Positions 37,679-46,393 of a stretch of 64,000 bases of DNA are shown piece after piece (positions within the stretch are counted from its first letter, which is position 1; every line of letters starts with the position of its first letter). The position numbers and the translations under genes were made by a program. This DNA is from Pseudolabrys sp. (GTDB lineage Bacteria; Pseudomonadota; Alphaproteobacteria; Rhizobiales; Xanthobacteraceae): the NCBI GenBank assembly GCA_036491675.1, contig DASXBN010000106.1, positions 38,401 to 102,400 of the forward strand, given 5' to 3'. The notes beneath the pieces are model-generated. The model worked only from the letters and a program-made list of their open reading frames with translations. It was not told the DNA's origin and made no database searches.

Positions 37679-37753
37679 ATGGCGACCAACCGCATCGTTG
37701 TCATGTCGATTTGTGCTTTTGCTCTTGTCCTTGTTGGATGGCACTTCCTCTAA
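37679..37753 (+). CDS. candidate 24-aa hydrophobic peptide
   Basis: AGGAGG lies 6 nt upstream of ATG 37679. The product is MATNRIVVMSICAFALVLVGWHFL*. It is below the ORF-track size cut-off. Confidence 0.3.
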   Translation: MATNRIVVMSICAFALVLVGWHFL

Positions 37754-37869
37754 GCCATCGGTTTCGTAAAAGGCAACTTGACGTTACCTGCCTCTCGCTG
37801 GATCGACGACCTCTAGCGCATTGCGCGTTATGAGAGGTCTGTAGGGTTGAGCCTAAGTCTTTTCTTTAG

Positions 37870-37955
37870 TGGTGCGGACGCCGGGACTCGAACCCGGACG
37901 GGATTACTCCCAAGGGATTTTAAGTCCCTTGCGTCTACCATTCCGCCACGTCCGC
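37870..37955 (-). tRNA. tRNA-Leu (anticodon UAA)
   Basis: Minus strand: GCGGACGTGGCGGAATGGTAGACGCAAGGGACTTAAAATCCCTTGGGAGTAATCCCGTCCGGGTTCGAGTCCCGGCGTCCGCACCA. The cloverleaf folds by hand, with a long variable arm, a TTCGAGT T-loop and an encoded CCA. Confidence 0.95.
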
Positions 37956-38017
37956 GTGGCACATGCTACCCACTCCGCGCCGGCGCGCGGATAAGCACCA
38001 CGCGGCGGCGCGTCAAA

Positions 38018-38473
38018 CTATTTCGATAACAGCCCGCCCCAAACCGATTCCCAATCCTTGCCGCTGGCGTCGACCACCCGGCCGTCCTGCTCGAAGAACT
38101 TGTTGGGAATCTGGAACATCGCGATGAAGGTACCGCCTTTCGGCGCCCAGGCCACGTGCCGGCTGCCCGCCGGCCGCCAGACGAATTCGCCGGGCCCGAC
38201 CTCAATGCCGGCATCGGGGCCTTCCTTGTCCACCAGCGAGCCTTCCAGCACATAGGTCTGCTCGATCAGGACGTGCTCGTGGTCCGGCAGCACCGCGCCC
38301 GGCTCCATCTTCATCAACATGGTGGCGAGCCCGCTTTCGGGATCGAACAGCAGCGTCTTCATTTCGCAGCCGGGAAACCGCAACTTCTGCCACGGCATGT
38401 CCTGCGGGCGCAGGTGATGCGACCGCAAATCCTCGACCGCTTTGGCGTTCTGGGTATTCGGCTTGACGTTCAT
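38018..38473 (-). CDS. cupin domain protein (ChrR-like)
   Basis: ATG 38473 lies within ORF 38018-38596. The cupin core is LPDHEHVLIEQTYVLEG...GEFVWRPAGSRHV. Confidence 0.85.
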   Translation of the reverse strand: MNVKPNTQNAKAVEDLRSHHLRPQDMPWQKLRFPGCEMKTLLFDPESGLATMLMKMEPGAVLPDHEHVLIEQTYVLEGSLVDKEGPDAGIEVGPGEFVWRPAGSRHVAWAPKGGTFIAMFQIPNKFFEQDGRVVDASGKDWESVWGGLLSK

Positions 38474-38507
38474 TGCTCTTCTCCCGGATCGCTCGCGACA
38501 ATACACA

Positions 38508-39488
38508 TTAGTCGGCCACTTTAATATTGGCCTGCTGCACGATCTTGCCGAACTTCTCGGTCTCCGCCTCCACGAACTTCTTGTATTCCGCCGCATTCAT
38601 CGGCCGCGGCACGATGCCCTGCGGGATGAGCTTGTCGGAAATGGCCGGATTTTTCAGCGCCGCATTGACGATCCCGTTGAGACGATCGACGATTAGCTGC
38701 GGCGTGCCGCCGGTGGCAAACATGCCGAACCAGTTGAGCAGTTCGTAGCCGGCCAGGCCGGGCGCGCCTTCCGACAGCGGCGCGACGGTCGGCAATTGCG
38801 GCATGCGCTCCTTCGAGGTCACCGCCACCGCGCGCAGCTTGCCGCCGTTGATCAGCGGCAGCGCCGCGGCGAGGCTGGTAAAACTCATGGTGACCGCGCC
38901 GGTCGCAACATCGGTCACCGCCGGCGCGGCGCCGCGGTAGGGCACGTGCAGCACGTTGGTACCGGCCATCATGTTCATCAGTTCGCCGGCGAGCTGCTGC
39001 GGATTGCCCACGCCGGACGAGGAGAACGAAAGCTTGCCGGCATTGGCCTTGGCGTAGGCGATCAACTCCTTCGGATCGTGCACCGGCGTTGCGTCCGCGA
39101 CCACGACGACGCAGGGTACCACGCCGATGAGCGCGACCGGCGTGAGGTCGCGGCGCGGGTCGTACGACATCTTCTCTTTGTAGAGATGCTGGCTGATGGC
39201 GATCTCCCCCGAGGTTGCCATCAGCAGCATGTGACCGTCGGGCGGCGCCTTGGCGACCGTATTGGCCGCGAGCATCCCGGCCGCGCCGGTGCGGTTCTCG
39301 ACGATCACGGTCTGGCCGAGCGCCTCCCTGAGCGGCTCGGCCATAAGGCGCGCCGAGATGTCGATACCGCCGCCCGGCGGAAAACCGGCGATGATGCGGA
39401 TCGTCTGCGTCGGATACGACTGCGCCAGCGCCGGTCCTGCCAGAAACGAAGCGCTGGCGCTCGCGACAAATGTGCGCCGGGTCAGCAT
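38508..39488 (-). CDS. tripartite tricarboxylate transporter substrate-binding protein (Bug/TctC family)
   Basis: ATG 39488 has GGAGGA 4 nt upstream and gives MLTRRTFVASASASFLAGPALAQS. Bug-family blocks IENRTGAAG and HVPYRGAAPA are present. Confidence 0.9.
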   Translation of the reverse strand: MLTRRTFVASASASFLAGPALAQSYPTQTIRIIAGFPPGGGIDISARLMAEPLREALGQTVIVENRTGAAGMLAANTVAKAPPDGHMLLMATSGEIAISQHLYKEKMSYDPRRDLTPVALIGVVPCVVVVADATPVHDPKELIAYAKANAGKLSFSSSGVGNPQQLAGELMNMMAGTNVLHVPYRGAAPAVTDVATGAVTMSFTSLAAALPLINGGKLRAVAVTSKERMPQLPTVAPLSEGAPGLAGYELLNWFGMFATGGTPQLIVDRLNGIVNAALKNPAISDKLIPQGIVPRPMNAAEYKKFVEAETEKFGKIVQQANIKVAD

Positions 39489-39514
39489 GCGATCCTCCCC
39501 TGCTTTCCTTTTCA

Positions 39515-40036
39515 TCAGTCGCCGCCCTCCCGGATCGGCGGCGAAAAAGCTAGCGCCGTATCCCAGGGAAAATAGATCCAGGTGTCCTGCGACACCTCGG
39601 TGATGAAGGTATCGACTAGGGGCCGCCCCATCGGCTTGGCGTAGACCGTGGCGAAATGCGCATCCGGGAGCAGGTCGCGCACGACGCGCGCGGTCTTGCC
39701 GGTGTCGACCAGGTCGTCGACGATCAGCACGCGCTGCCCTTTGGCGCGCATCGCGAGCACCTCGGGCGCCACGCCTTTGAGCACCTTCAACTCACCCTGG
39801 TTCTGGTAATTCTGGTAGCTCGCCACGCACACGGTCTCGATCAGGCGCACGTTCAATTCGCGCGCCACGATCGCCGCCGGCACCAGCCCACCGCGCGTGA
39901 TGGCGACGACGGCCTCGAACGGCCCGGCCTCGTGCAGCCGCCAGGCGAGCGCGCGCGAGTCGCGGTGGAACTGGTCCCAGGAGACCGGAAAGATTTTCTC
40001 CGGGCGCGGCGTCCCTTGCGCTTGCGGGCTCGACAT
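39515..40036 (-). CDS. gpt: xanthine-guanine phosphoribosyltransferase
   Basis: 173-aa ORF with [13 protein letters not shown], the PRPP loop [13 protein letters not shown] and a C-terminal WIYFPWD. Confidence 0.92.
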   Translation of the reverse strand: MSSPQAQGTPRPEKIFPVSWDQFHRDSRALAWRLHEAGPFEAVVAITRGGLVPAAIVARELNVRLIETVCVASYQNYQNQGELKVLKGVAPEVLAMRAKGQRVLIVDDLVDTGKTARVVRDLLPDAHFATVYAKPMGRPLVDTFITEVSQDTWIYFPWDTALAFSPPIREGGD

Positions 40037-40058
40037 ACGTTGGTCTCCGTAAGCTCAA

Positions 40059-41087
40059 TCAAACGACCGGGGAGCGGAAGTCTCCGCGCATGATCTTTGC
40101 AAGATTACACCAAAGAAGGTAATTCCCCCGCAGCACCTTGCCTATCTCTTTTGGGCGGTTGTTCGCCAAAAGCACCAACGCGCGAATGAGCGGTTCAATC
40201 AACAAAGTCATGAGCGCGATTACTGCCGCACCCGCAACGTTAAAATGCTTGAAAGCATAGAGAATACGGCTGCGCCAGCTATAAAAAAGCCGCACGTCTT
40301 TCACCTGCTCGGTGGTGCCCTGGCCCCGGTGATATGCGCGCGCGGTGGCGATATAGACGCTCGTCCAGCCCTGTTCGCGGGCACGCACCGCCAGATCGAG
40401 GTCCTCAAAATAGACAAAGAACCGTTCGTCAAACCCGCCGATTTTTTCAAACATTGAGCGTCGCAGAAAAAAGAACGCCCCCATCACCTGATCCACGACG
40501 CGCGTGTCGCCATGGTCCCATTCGATCAGAAAATGCGGGGGACAAATCGAGGAGCCGAGACGATCGAGACCGACACTTTGGCCGATCATCGACCAAACGG
40601 TAGGCCGCCGGGCGCAGTTGCGCGCCACATTTCCCTGTCCATCGACGAGCTGTATGCCAACGATGCCGACGCGGCTGTTGGTGGCGTCGGCAAGAAAACG
40701 CGCGGGCGTTTCGAGCGAGCCGGAATAAAGCAGCGTGTCCGGATTGAGGAACAACAAGAAGTCCGCCTCTGAGCCACGCGCGCCCTGGTTACAGGCCGCG
40801 GCAAAACCGCGATTGCCGCTATTTCGGATGATCTCCAAAGGCAGCTTGCCGTGCAGGTCGTCCAGCGCCGAAACAGAATCGTCGCTTGAGCCGTTGTCGA
40901 CGATGGTAATTCGCGACAATGCCACGGCGTCTTGCGATACCGCTGCGAACGATCGCAGACATTTCGCAAGCTGCAAGCCCGCATTCCAATTGACGATCAC
41001 CACGTGAATGGTCGGGACCTGGGTCAAAGTCCGCTCAGGCTTGCTATCGGCGTTCGTCCCATCTCGCTTCGAAACAGGCGCGCTCAC
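40059..41087 (-). CDS. family 2 glycosyltransferase
   Basis: 342-aa ORF with GT-A motifs VIVNWNAG, VDNGSSDDS and FEDLD. Confidence 0.88.
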   Translation of the reverse strand: MSAPVSKRDGTNADSKPERTLTQVPTIHVVIVNWNAGLQLAKCLRSFAAVSQDAVALSRITIVDNGSSDDSVSALDDLHGKLPLEIIRNSGNRGFAAACNQGARGSEADFLLFLNPDTLLYSGSLETPARFLADATNSRVGIVGIQLVDGQGNVARNCARRPTVWSMIGQSVGLDRLGSSICPPHFLIEWDHGDTRVVDQVMGAFFFLRRSMFEKIGGFDERFFVYFEDLDLAVRAREQGWTSVYIATARAYHRGQGTTEQVKDVRLFYSWRSRILYAFKHFNVAGAAVIALMTLLIEPLIRALVLLANNRPKEIGKVLRGNYLLWCNLAKIMRGDFRSPVV

Positions 41088-41836
41088 AAGCTCGCTCTGA
41101 CCCGTCCCAGCATTTCCTCCACTTCCGCCTTCACCTGCTTGAGCTTGGCCGCATCGCGCGAGCGTACCACGATATTGGTGTTGGGACCGAGCTTCTCGTC
41201 GAAGAACGGATAGCTGCCGATGATGGCGTCCGGGTTGGCCTTGGCGATGGCGCCCAGTTCGGTGCCGACGTCGCCCTCCTTGGCGTCGGCGCGAATGGTT
41301 TCCGACAACAGCTTGGTGCCGGTTCTGAGTTTCGGCGCCACTTCATCGACCATCGCCTGCATGATCGAGGGCACGCCCGCCATCACGATCACATTCTCGA
41401 TCCAGAAGCCGGGCGCGCCCGACACTTTGTTCTTCACCAGCGCGGCGCCGTGCGGGATACGCGCCATGCGCAGGCGCGCCTCGTTGAGCTCGCCGCCGAT
41501 CTTGGCCATGCGCTCCTTGAGGATCGCAACCGCCTCCGGGTGATGGCTGATGCCGACGCCGAACGCCTTGGCCACGCATTCGGCGGTGATGTCGTCATGG
41601 GTAGGCCCGATGCCGCCGGTGGTGAACACGTAAGTATACTGCTTGCGCAGTGCGTTGACCGCGGTGACGATCGCCGCCTCGTCGTCGGAGATGACGCGCA
41701 CTTCCTTGAGGTCGATGCCGATGGCGGTCAGATAATCGGCGATGAAGCCGATGTTCTTGTCCTTGGTGCGGCCCGACAGGATCTCGTCGCCGATCACCAG
41801 GACCGCCGCAGTGACGATCTCAGGATTAACGCTCAT
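41084..41836 (-). CDS. molybdopterin-binding (CinA N-terminal-like) protein
   Basis: 250-aa ORF with AAVLVIGDEILSGRTKDKN and TTGGIGPTHDDIT. It overlaps the GT2 gene by 4 nt. Confidence 0.88.
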   Translation of the reverse strand: MSVNPEIVTAAVLVIGDEILSGRTKDKNIGFIADYLTAIGIDLKEVRVISDDEAAIVTAVNALRKQYTYVFTTGGIGPTHDDITAECVAKAFGVGISHHPEAVAILKERMAKIGGELNEARLRMARIPHGAALVKNKVSGAPGFWIENVIVMAGVPSIMQAMVDEVAPKLRTGTKLLSETIRADAKEGDVGTELGAIAKANPDAIIGSYPFFDEKLGPNTNIVVRSRDAAKLKQVKAEVEEMLGRVRASL

Positions 41837-42135
41837 GGCCGGTCACCGAGTCCTTCAAAGCCCTGGCCGAAGACCTAGCGTGGCCCCGCCAGCCACTCAA
41901 GTTGCCGCGGCCGCGCGATGTCCACGATGGCTCCTCGCGAGGCCGCTCTCCGCCCATTATTTAGGCAGGAAATGCTGCCGCAGTCGGACGCAACTACTTG
42001 TTTTTATGTTGTTTTTCTTGGCGTGAAGCTTGCTACTTAATGGCCGGGGGCAGCGCTCGCTGTATCCCGTGAAGGAATTGGCACAAAGTTACGCGGCCGG
42101 GCGTTGCATCAGCGGCCGCGCGCTGGGGGTCTGAG

Positions 42136-43554
42136 ATGATTGCCGCCTTCGATGAAATGAAGGAAGCCGACGGCGGCGTACGCCCGGCTTATGGCGAACT
42201 GTCGCGCTGGCTCGATGAAGTCCCGGCCGACGTGCTCGACTATCGGCGGCGCGAGGCCGAGCTCTTGTTCCGCCGCATCGGCATCACCTTCGCAGTCTAT
42301 GGCGAAGCCGACGCGCAGGAACGGCTGATCCCGTTCGACGTCATCCCGCGCATCATTCCGGGCGCCGAATGGCGGCGCCTGGAAAAAGGCCTCAACCAGC
42401 GCGTCACCGCGCTCAATCTGTTCCTCAAGGACATCTACGGCGCGCGTGAAATCCTGCGCGCCGGCGTGGTGCCCGACGACCTGGTATTCCGCAATCCGGC
42501 ATTCCGACCGGAGATGAGCGGGCAGAGCGTGCCGTATGACATCTACATCCACGTCGCCGGCATCGACATCGTACGGGTGGATGCCGACACTTTCTATGTG
42601 CTCGAGGACAATGCGCGCACGCCGTCCGGCGTCTCCTACATGCTGGAGAACCGCGAGATCATGATGCGGTTGTTTCCGGAACTGTTCGCGCGCCACCGCA
42701 TCGCGCCGGTGGAGAATTATCCGGACCAACTGCTCGCCACGCTCAAATCGGTGGCGCCGGCGCCGGTCGCGCGTGATCCGACCGTGGTGCTGCTCACGCC
42801 CGGCGTCTACAACTCAGCCTATTACGAACACTCCTTTCTGGCCGACAAGCTCGGCGTTGAACTGGTCGAAGGCCGCGACCTGTTCGTGAAGGAAGAGTTC
42901 GTCTACATGCGCACCACCCAAGGCCCGCGCCGGGTGGACGTGATCTACCGGCGCATCGACGACGACTTCATCGATCCGCTCACCTTCCGCCCCGACAGCG
43001 CGCTCGGCGTGGCCGGGCTTATGTCGGCCTACCAGGCCGGCAATGTGACGCTGGCGAACGCGGTCGGCACCGGTATTTCCGACGACAAGGCGGTCTACAG
43101 TTTCATGCCGGCGATCGTGAAATTCTATCTCGGCCAGGAACCGCTGTTGAAGAACGTGCCGACCTGGCGCTGCCGCGAGGAGGAGCATCTCGCCTACGTG
43201 CTCGACCACCTGCACGAACTGGTGGTCAAGGAAGTGCACGGTTCCGGCGGCTACGGCATGCTGATCGGACCGGCAGCGAGCAAGATCGCGATCGAGCAGT
43301 TCCGCGCCAAGCTCAAGACCGCGCCGAAGAATTTCATCGCGCAGCCGACGCTGGCGTTATCCACCTGCCCCACCTGCGTGGAGCAAGGCGTGGCGCCGCG
43401 CCATGTCGATCTGCGCCCCTTCGTACTCACCGGCAGCAAGGGCACGCGCATCGTGCCCGGCGGTTTGACCCGCGTCGCCATGAAAGAGGGCTCGCTGGTG
43501 GTGAATTCCAGCCAGGGCGGCGGCACCAAGGACACCTGGGTGTTGGACGGCTAG
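42136..43554 (+). CDS. circularly permuted type-2 ATP-grasp protein
   Basis: 472-aa ORF that is the first gene of the Anbu-type operon. The sequence is characteristic (RIGITFAVYGE...IPFDVIPRII, VVKEVHGSGGYGMLIGP). Confidence 0.92.
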   Translation: MIAAFDEMKEADGGVRPAYGELSRWLDEVPADVLDYRRREAELLFRRIGITFAVYGEADAQERLIPFDVIPRIIPGAEWRRLEKGLNQRVTALNLFLKDIYGAREILRAGVVPDDLVFRNPAFRPEMSGQSVPYDIYIHVAGIDIVRVDADTFYVLEDNARTPSGVSYMLENREIMMRLFPELFARHRIAPVENYPDQLLATLKSVAPAPVARDPTVVLLTPGVYNSAYYEHSFLADKLGVELVEGRDLFVKEEFVYMRTTQGPRRVDVIYRRIDDDFIDPLTFRPDSALGVAGLMSAYQAGNVTLANAVGTGISDDKAVYSFMPAIVKFYLGQEPLLKNVPTWRCREEEHLAYVLDHLHELVVKEVHGSGGYGMLIGPAASKIAIEQFRAKLKTAPKNFIAQPTLALSTCPTCVEQGVAPRHVDLRPFVLTGSKGTRIVPGGLTRVAMKEGSLVVNSSQGGGTKDTWVLDG

Positions 43555-43556
43555 CC

Positions 43557-44498
43557 ATGCTCTCGCGCACCGCCGATAATCTGTATTGGCTTTCGCGCTA
43601 CGTGGAGCGCGCGGAATATCTCGCGCGTATTCTCGACGCTACGCAGCGGCTCTCCGCGCTGCCGCTCGCCTATGTCGGCTTTAGCAACGAATGGGAATCC
43701 GCGGTGCTCACCGCCGGCTGCGCCAACGCCTTCTTCAAGCAATACGACGAGGCGAACGAGGAAAACGTCACCGATTTCCTTGCCTTTTCCACGAGCAATT
43801 CCTCCTCGATCCGCAACTGCTTCGAGCTCGCGCGCAGCAACGCGCGCGCCGTACGCACCGCGCTGACGATGGAAATGTGGGACTCGATCAACGGCACCTG
43901 GCTCGAGCTCAAGCGCTACGGCAACGGTCCGGCCTCGCGCGAGGAATTTTCCCGCTTCCTGCGCTGGGTTCAGGAATCCTCGCTGCGCTACGACGGCTCC
44001 GCCTACCGCACCATGCTGCGCAACGACGCCTACTGGTTCTCCCGCCTCGGCGTCTATCTCGAGCGCGCCGACAACACCGCGCGCATCCTCGACGTGAAAT
44101 ATCATCTGCTGCTGCCCGACAACGAACGCGTCGGCGGCCCGCTCGACTATTTCCAGTGGGCGGCGATCCTGCGCTCGGTTTCCGCGCTCACCGCCTATCA
44201 TTGGGTCTATCGCGAGAGCCTGCAGCCCTGGCTGGTGGCCGACCTGCTGATCCTGAAAGAAGAGATGCCGCGCTCGCTTGCCTCCTGCTACGAGGCGATC
44301 GTGCGCAACCTCGATTCGATCAGCGGCGCCTATGGCCGGCAGGGTCCGGCCCAGCGCCAGGCCCGCGGCATCCGCGCCCGACTGCAGAACAGCCGCATGG
44401 ACGGCATCTTCCAGCGCGGCCTGCACGAATACATCGGCGAATTCATCACCGAGAACAACAGGCTCGGCGCCACTATCACCGAGCAATTCCTGCTATGA
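43557..44498 (+). CDS. alpha-E domain protein
   Basis: 313-aa ORF that starts MLSRTADNLYWLSRYVERAEYLARILD, the hallmark alpha-E N-terminus. It lies 2 nt after the ATP-grasp stop. Confidence 0.9.
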   Translation: MLSRTADNLYWLSRYVERAEYLARILDATQRLSALPLAYVGFSNEWESAVLTAGCANAFFKQYDEANEENVTDFLAFSTSNSSSIRNCFELARSNARAVRTALTMEMWDSINGTWLELKRYGNGPASREEFSRFLRWVQESSLRYDGSAYRTMLRNDAYWFSRLGVYLERADNTARILDVKYHLLLPDNERVGGPLDYFQWAAILRSVSALTAYHWVYRESLQPWLVADLLILKEEMPRSLASCYEAIVRNLDSISGAYGRQGPAQRQARGIRARLQNSRMDGIFQRGLHEYIGEFITENNRLGATITEQFLL

Positions 44499-44541
44499 GC
44501 GTGCTGGAACGCCACCGCTAACGTTAACCTGCCGATAGCAC

Positions 44542-45369
44542 ATGCGAATTCGCATCTCCCACGCGACGACTTATCACTACGACACGCCGCCCAACAGCGT
44601 GATCCAGATGCTGCGCCTGACTCCGCGCAATCACGACGGACAATATGTGGTGAGTTGGCGCGTCGACCTGTCGGAGGACTGCCTGCTGCACCAGCACGAG
44701 GACGCCTTCGGCAACATCAGCCATTTCTTCACTGCCGAGGGACCGTTTCGCAAATTGTCTGTCGCGGTCGAAGGCGAGGTCGATACCATGGACGCCCGAA
44801 GCGTGGTCAGCGGCGCGGTCGAGCGTTTCCCGCCCGGGCTATACCTACGCGAGACCGCGCTGACGCAAGCGGACGCGGCCATCATCGATTTCGCCGGCAG
44901 CGCGCGCGCCAGCGCGGGAAACGAACCATTGGCGTTGCTGCACGGGTTGATGATCGCGCTCAATCGCGAAATGAAATTCGACACCGATCCGACCCATTCC
45001 ACGACCACGGCGGCGGAAGCCTTCGCGCTGCGCCGCGGCGTCTGCCAGGATCTCACCCATATCTTCATCGCGGCAGCGCGGCAGCTCGGCATCCCGGCGC
45101 GCTATGTCGGCGGGCATTTCTACCGCGTCGACGGCGTGACCGCACAAGAGGCCGGCCACGCCTGGGTGGAAGCCTATGTCGAACACCTTGGATGGGTAGG
45201 CTTCGACCCGACCAATGGGATCGGCATCACCGAAGCCCATGTGCGGGTCGCGATCGGGCTGGATTACCTCGGGGCGGCGCCGGTGCGCGGCACCCGTTTT
45301 GGTGGCAGCGGCGAAACCCTCAAGGTGGCAGTGCAGGTCGACCAGGCCCGCCAGCAGGGGCAAAACTGA
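44542..45369 (+). CDS. transglutaminase family protein
   Basis: 275-aa ORF with a bacterial TGase N-domain plus a core carrying Cys (GVCQDLTH), His (GHAWVE) and Asp (FDPTNG). Confidence 0.9.
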   Translation: MRIRISHATTYHYDTPPNSVIQMLRLTPRNHDGQYVVSWRVDLSEDCLLHQHEDAFGNISHFFTAEGPFRKLSVAVEGEVDTMDARSVVSGAVERFPPGLYLRETALTQADAAIIDFAGSARASAGNEPLALLHGLMIALNREMKFDTDPTHSTTTAAEAFALRRGVCQDLTHIFIAAARQLGIPARYVGGHFYRVDGVTAQEAGHAWVEAYVEHLGWVGFDPTNGIGITEAHVRVAIGLDYLGAAPVRGTRFGGSGETLKVAVQVDQARQQGQN

Positions 45370-45494
45370 CCTGGCTCTGGATCTTACCCGGAGACTTTTG
45401 CTCGCTTTCTGCGATCATCCGCTGCGACATTGCCCGACATGGGCTCTCATCGTTATAACCCTGCGGCAGGTCGCGGAAGAACAAGTCGGGTCAC

Positions 45495-46241
45495 ATGACA
45501 TATTGCTGCGGAATTCTGGTGCGGGACGGCCTGGTGATGATCGCGGACACCCGCACCAATGCCGGCCTCGACAACGTTTCCACCTTCCGCAAGCTGTACG
45601 TCTACACCGAACCGGGCGAACGCATCATGGCGCTCGCCTCCTCCGGCAATTTGTCGCTCAGCCAGTCGGTGCGCTCGACATTGACCGAGGGCATGGAAAA
45701 TCCGGAGACCGGCGAGATCGAAACCCTGATAAACGCGCCCAGTATGTTCAAGGCCGCCCAGCGCGTCGGCAAGGCGATCCGCTCGGTGCAGAACATGGAA
45801 GGCAAGGCGCTTGTTTCCGCCGATGTCGAGAGCGACGTCTCCTTCCTGTTCGGCGGCCAGATCAAGGGCGACCGCCTGCGGCTGTTCATGATCTATTCGG
45901 CCGGCAATTTCATCGAATGCACCACCGACACGCCCTACCTGCAGATCGGCGAGCACAAATACGGCAAGCCGGTGCTCGACCGCGCCATCATGTTCGACAC
46001 CGACCTTTATGACGGTCTCAAGATCGGGCTGATCTCCATAGATTCCACCATGCGCTCCAATCTCGGGGTCGGGCTGCCGATCGATATTCTGGTTGTGCGC
46101 CGCGACACCTGTAACTCTGAGGTTAACTATCGCATCGAGCCGGGCGAGCCCTATTTCCAGGACCTGCGCGAGCGCTGGTCGGCCGCGCTGCGCGCCGCCC
46201 ATATAGCTATACCGCGGCCCCCATACCGCAGCCCGGGCTGA
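45495..46241 (+). CDS. proteasome-type protease Anbu (ancestral beta subunit)
   Basis: 248-aa ORF. The N-terminus MTYCCGILVRDGLVMIADTRTNAG places Thr directly after Met, as in Ntn-hydrolase nucleophiles. The operon context is the conserved Anbu one. Confidence 0.9.
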   Translation: MTYCCGILVRDGLVMIADTRTNAGLDNVSTFRKLYVYTEPGERIMALASSGNLSLSQSVRSTLTEGMENPETGEIETLINAPSMFKAAQRVGKAIRSVQNMEGKALVSADVESDVSFLFGGQIKGDRLRLFMIYSAGNFIECTTDTPYLQIGEHKYGKPVLDRAIMFDTDLYDGLKIGLISIDSTMRSNLGVGLPIDILVVRRDTCNSEVNYRIEPGEPYFQDLRERWSAALRAAHIAIPRPPYRSPG

Positions 46242-46249
46242 GGCTCCTT

Positions 46250-46264
46250 TTAACCCTCGGTTAA
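46250..46264. promoter_or_regulatory. CtrA-box-like motif TTAA-N7-TTAA(C)
   Basis: TTAAccctcggTTAAC lies about 130 bp upstream of the GGDEF-EAL gene start. Confidence 0.4.
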
Positions 46265-46393
46265 CAGCACCACGCGATTTGTGGTATCCGGTAGCCGCGA
46301 AGCCGCCGAAAAGCCGAAGCGAAAGCGAAAAAGCAAGCTTTCTGCCCTAGCGTCCGCCCCGAAAAACCTAATGGGTGGGATGGTTTAAGGGGC

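Noticed and set aside
35720-37955. tRNA-Leu-linked integrative genomic island
   Set aside because: There is no integrase, excisionase or mobility gene. The only direct repeat (15 bp) does not include the tRNA 3' end. At most it is a decayed remnant, and it is reported only as a compositional islet.
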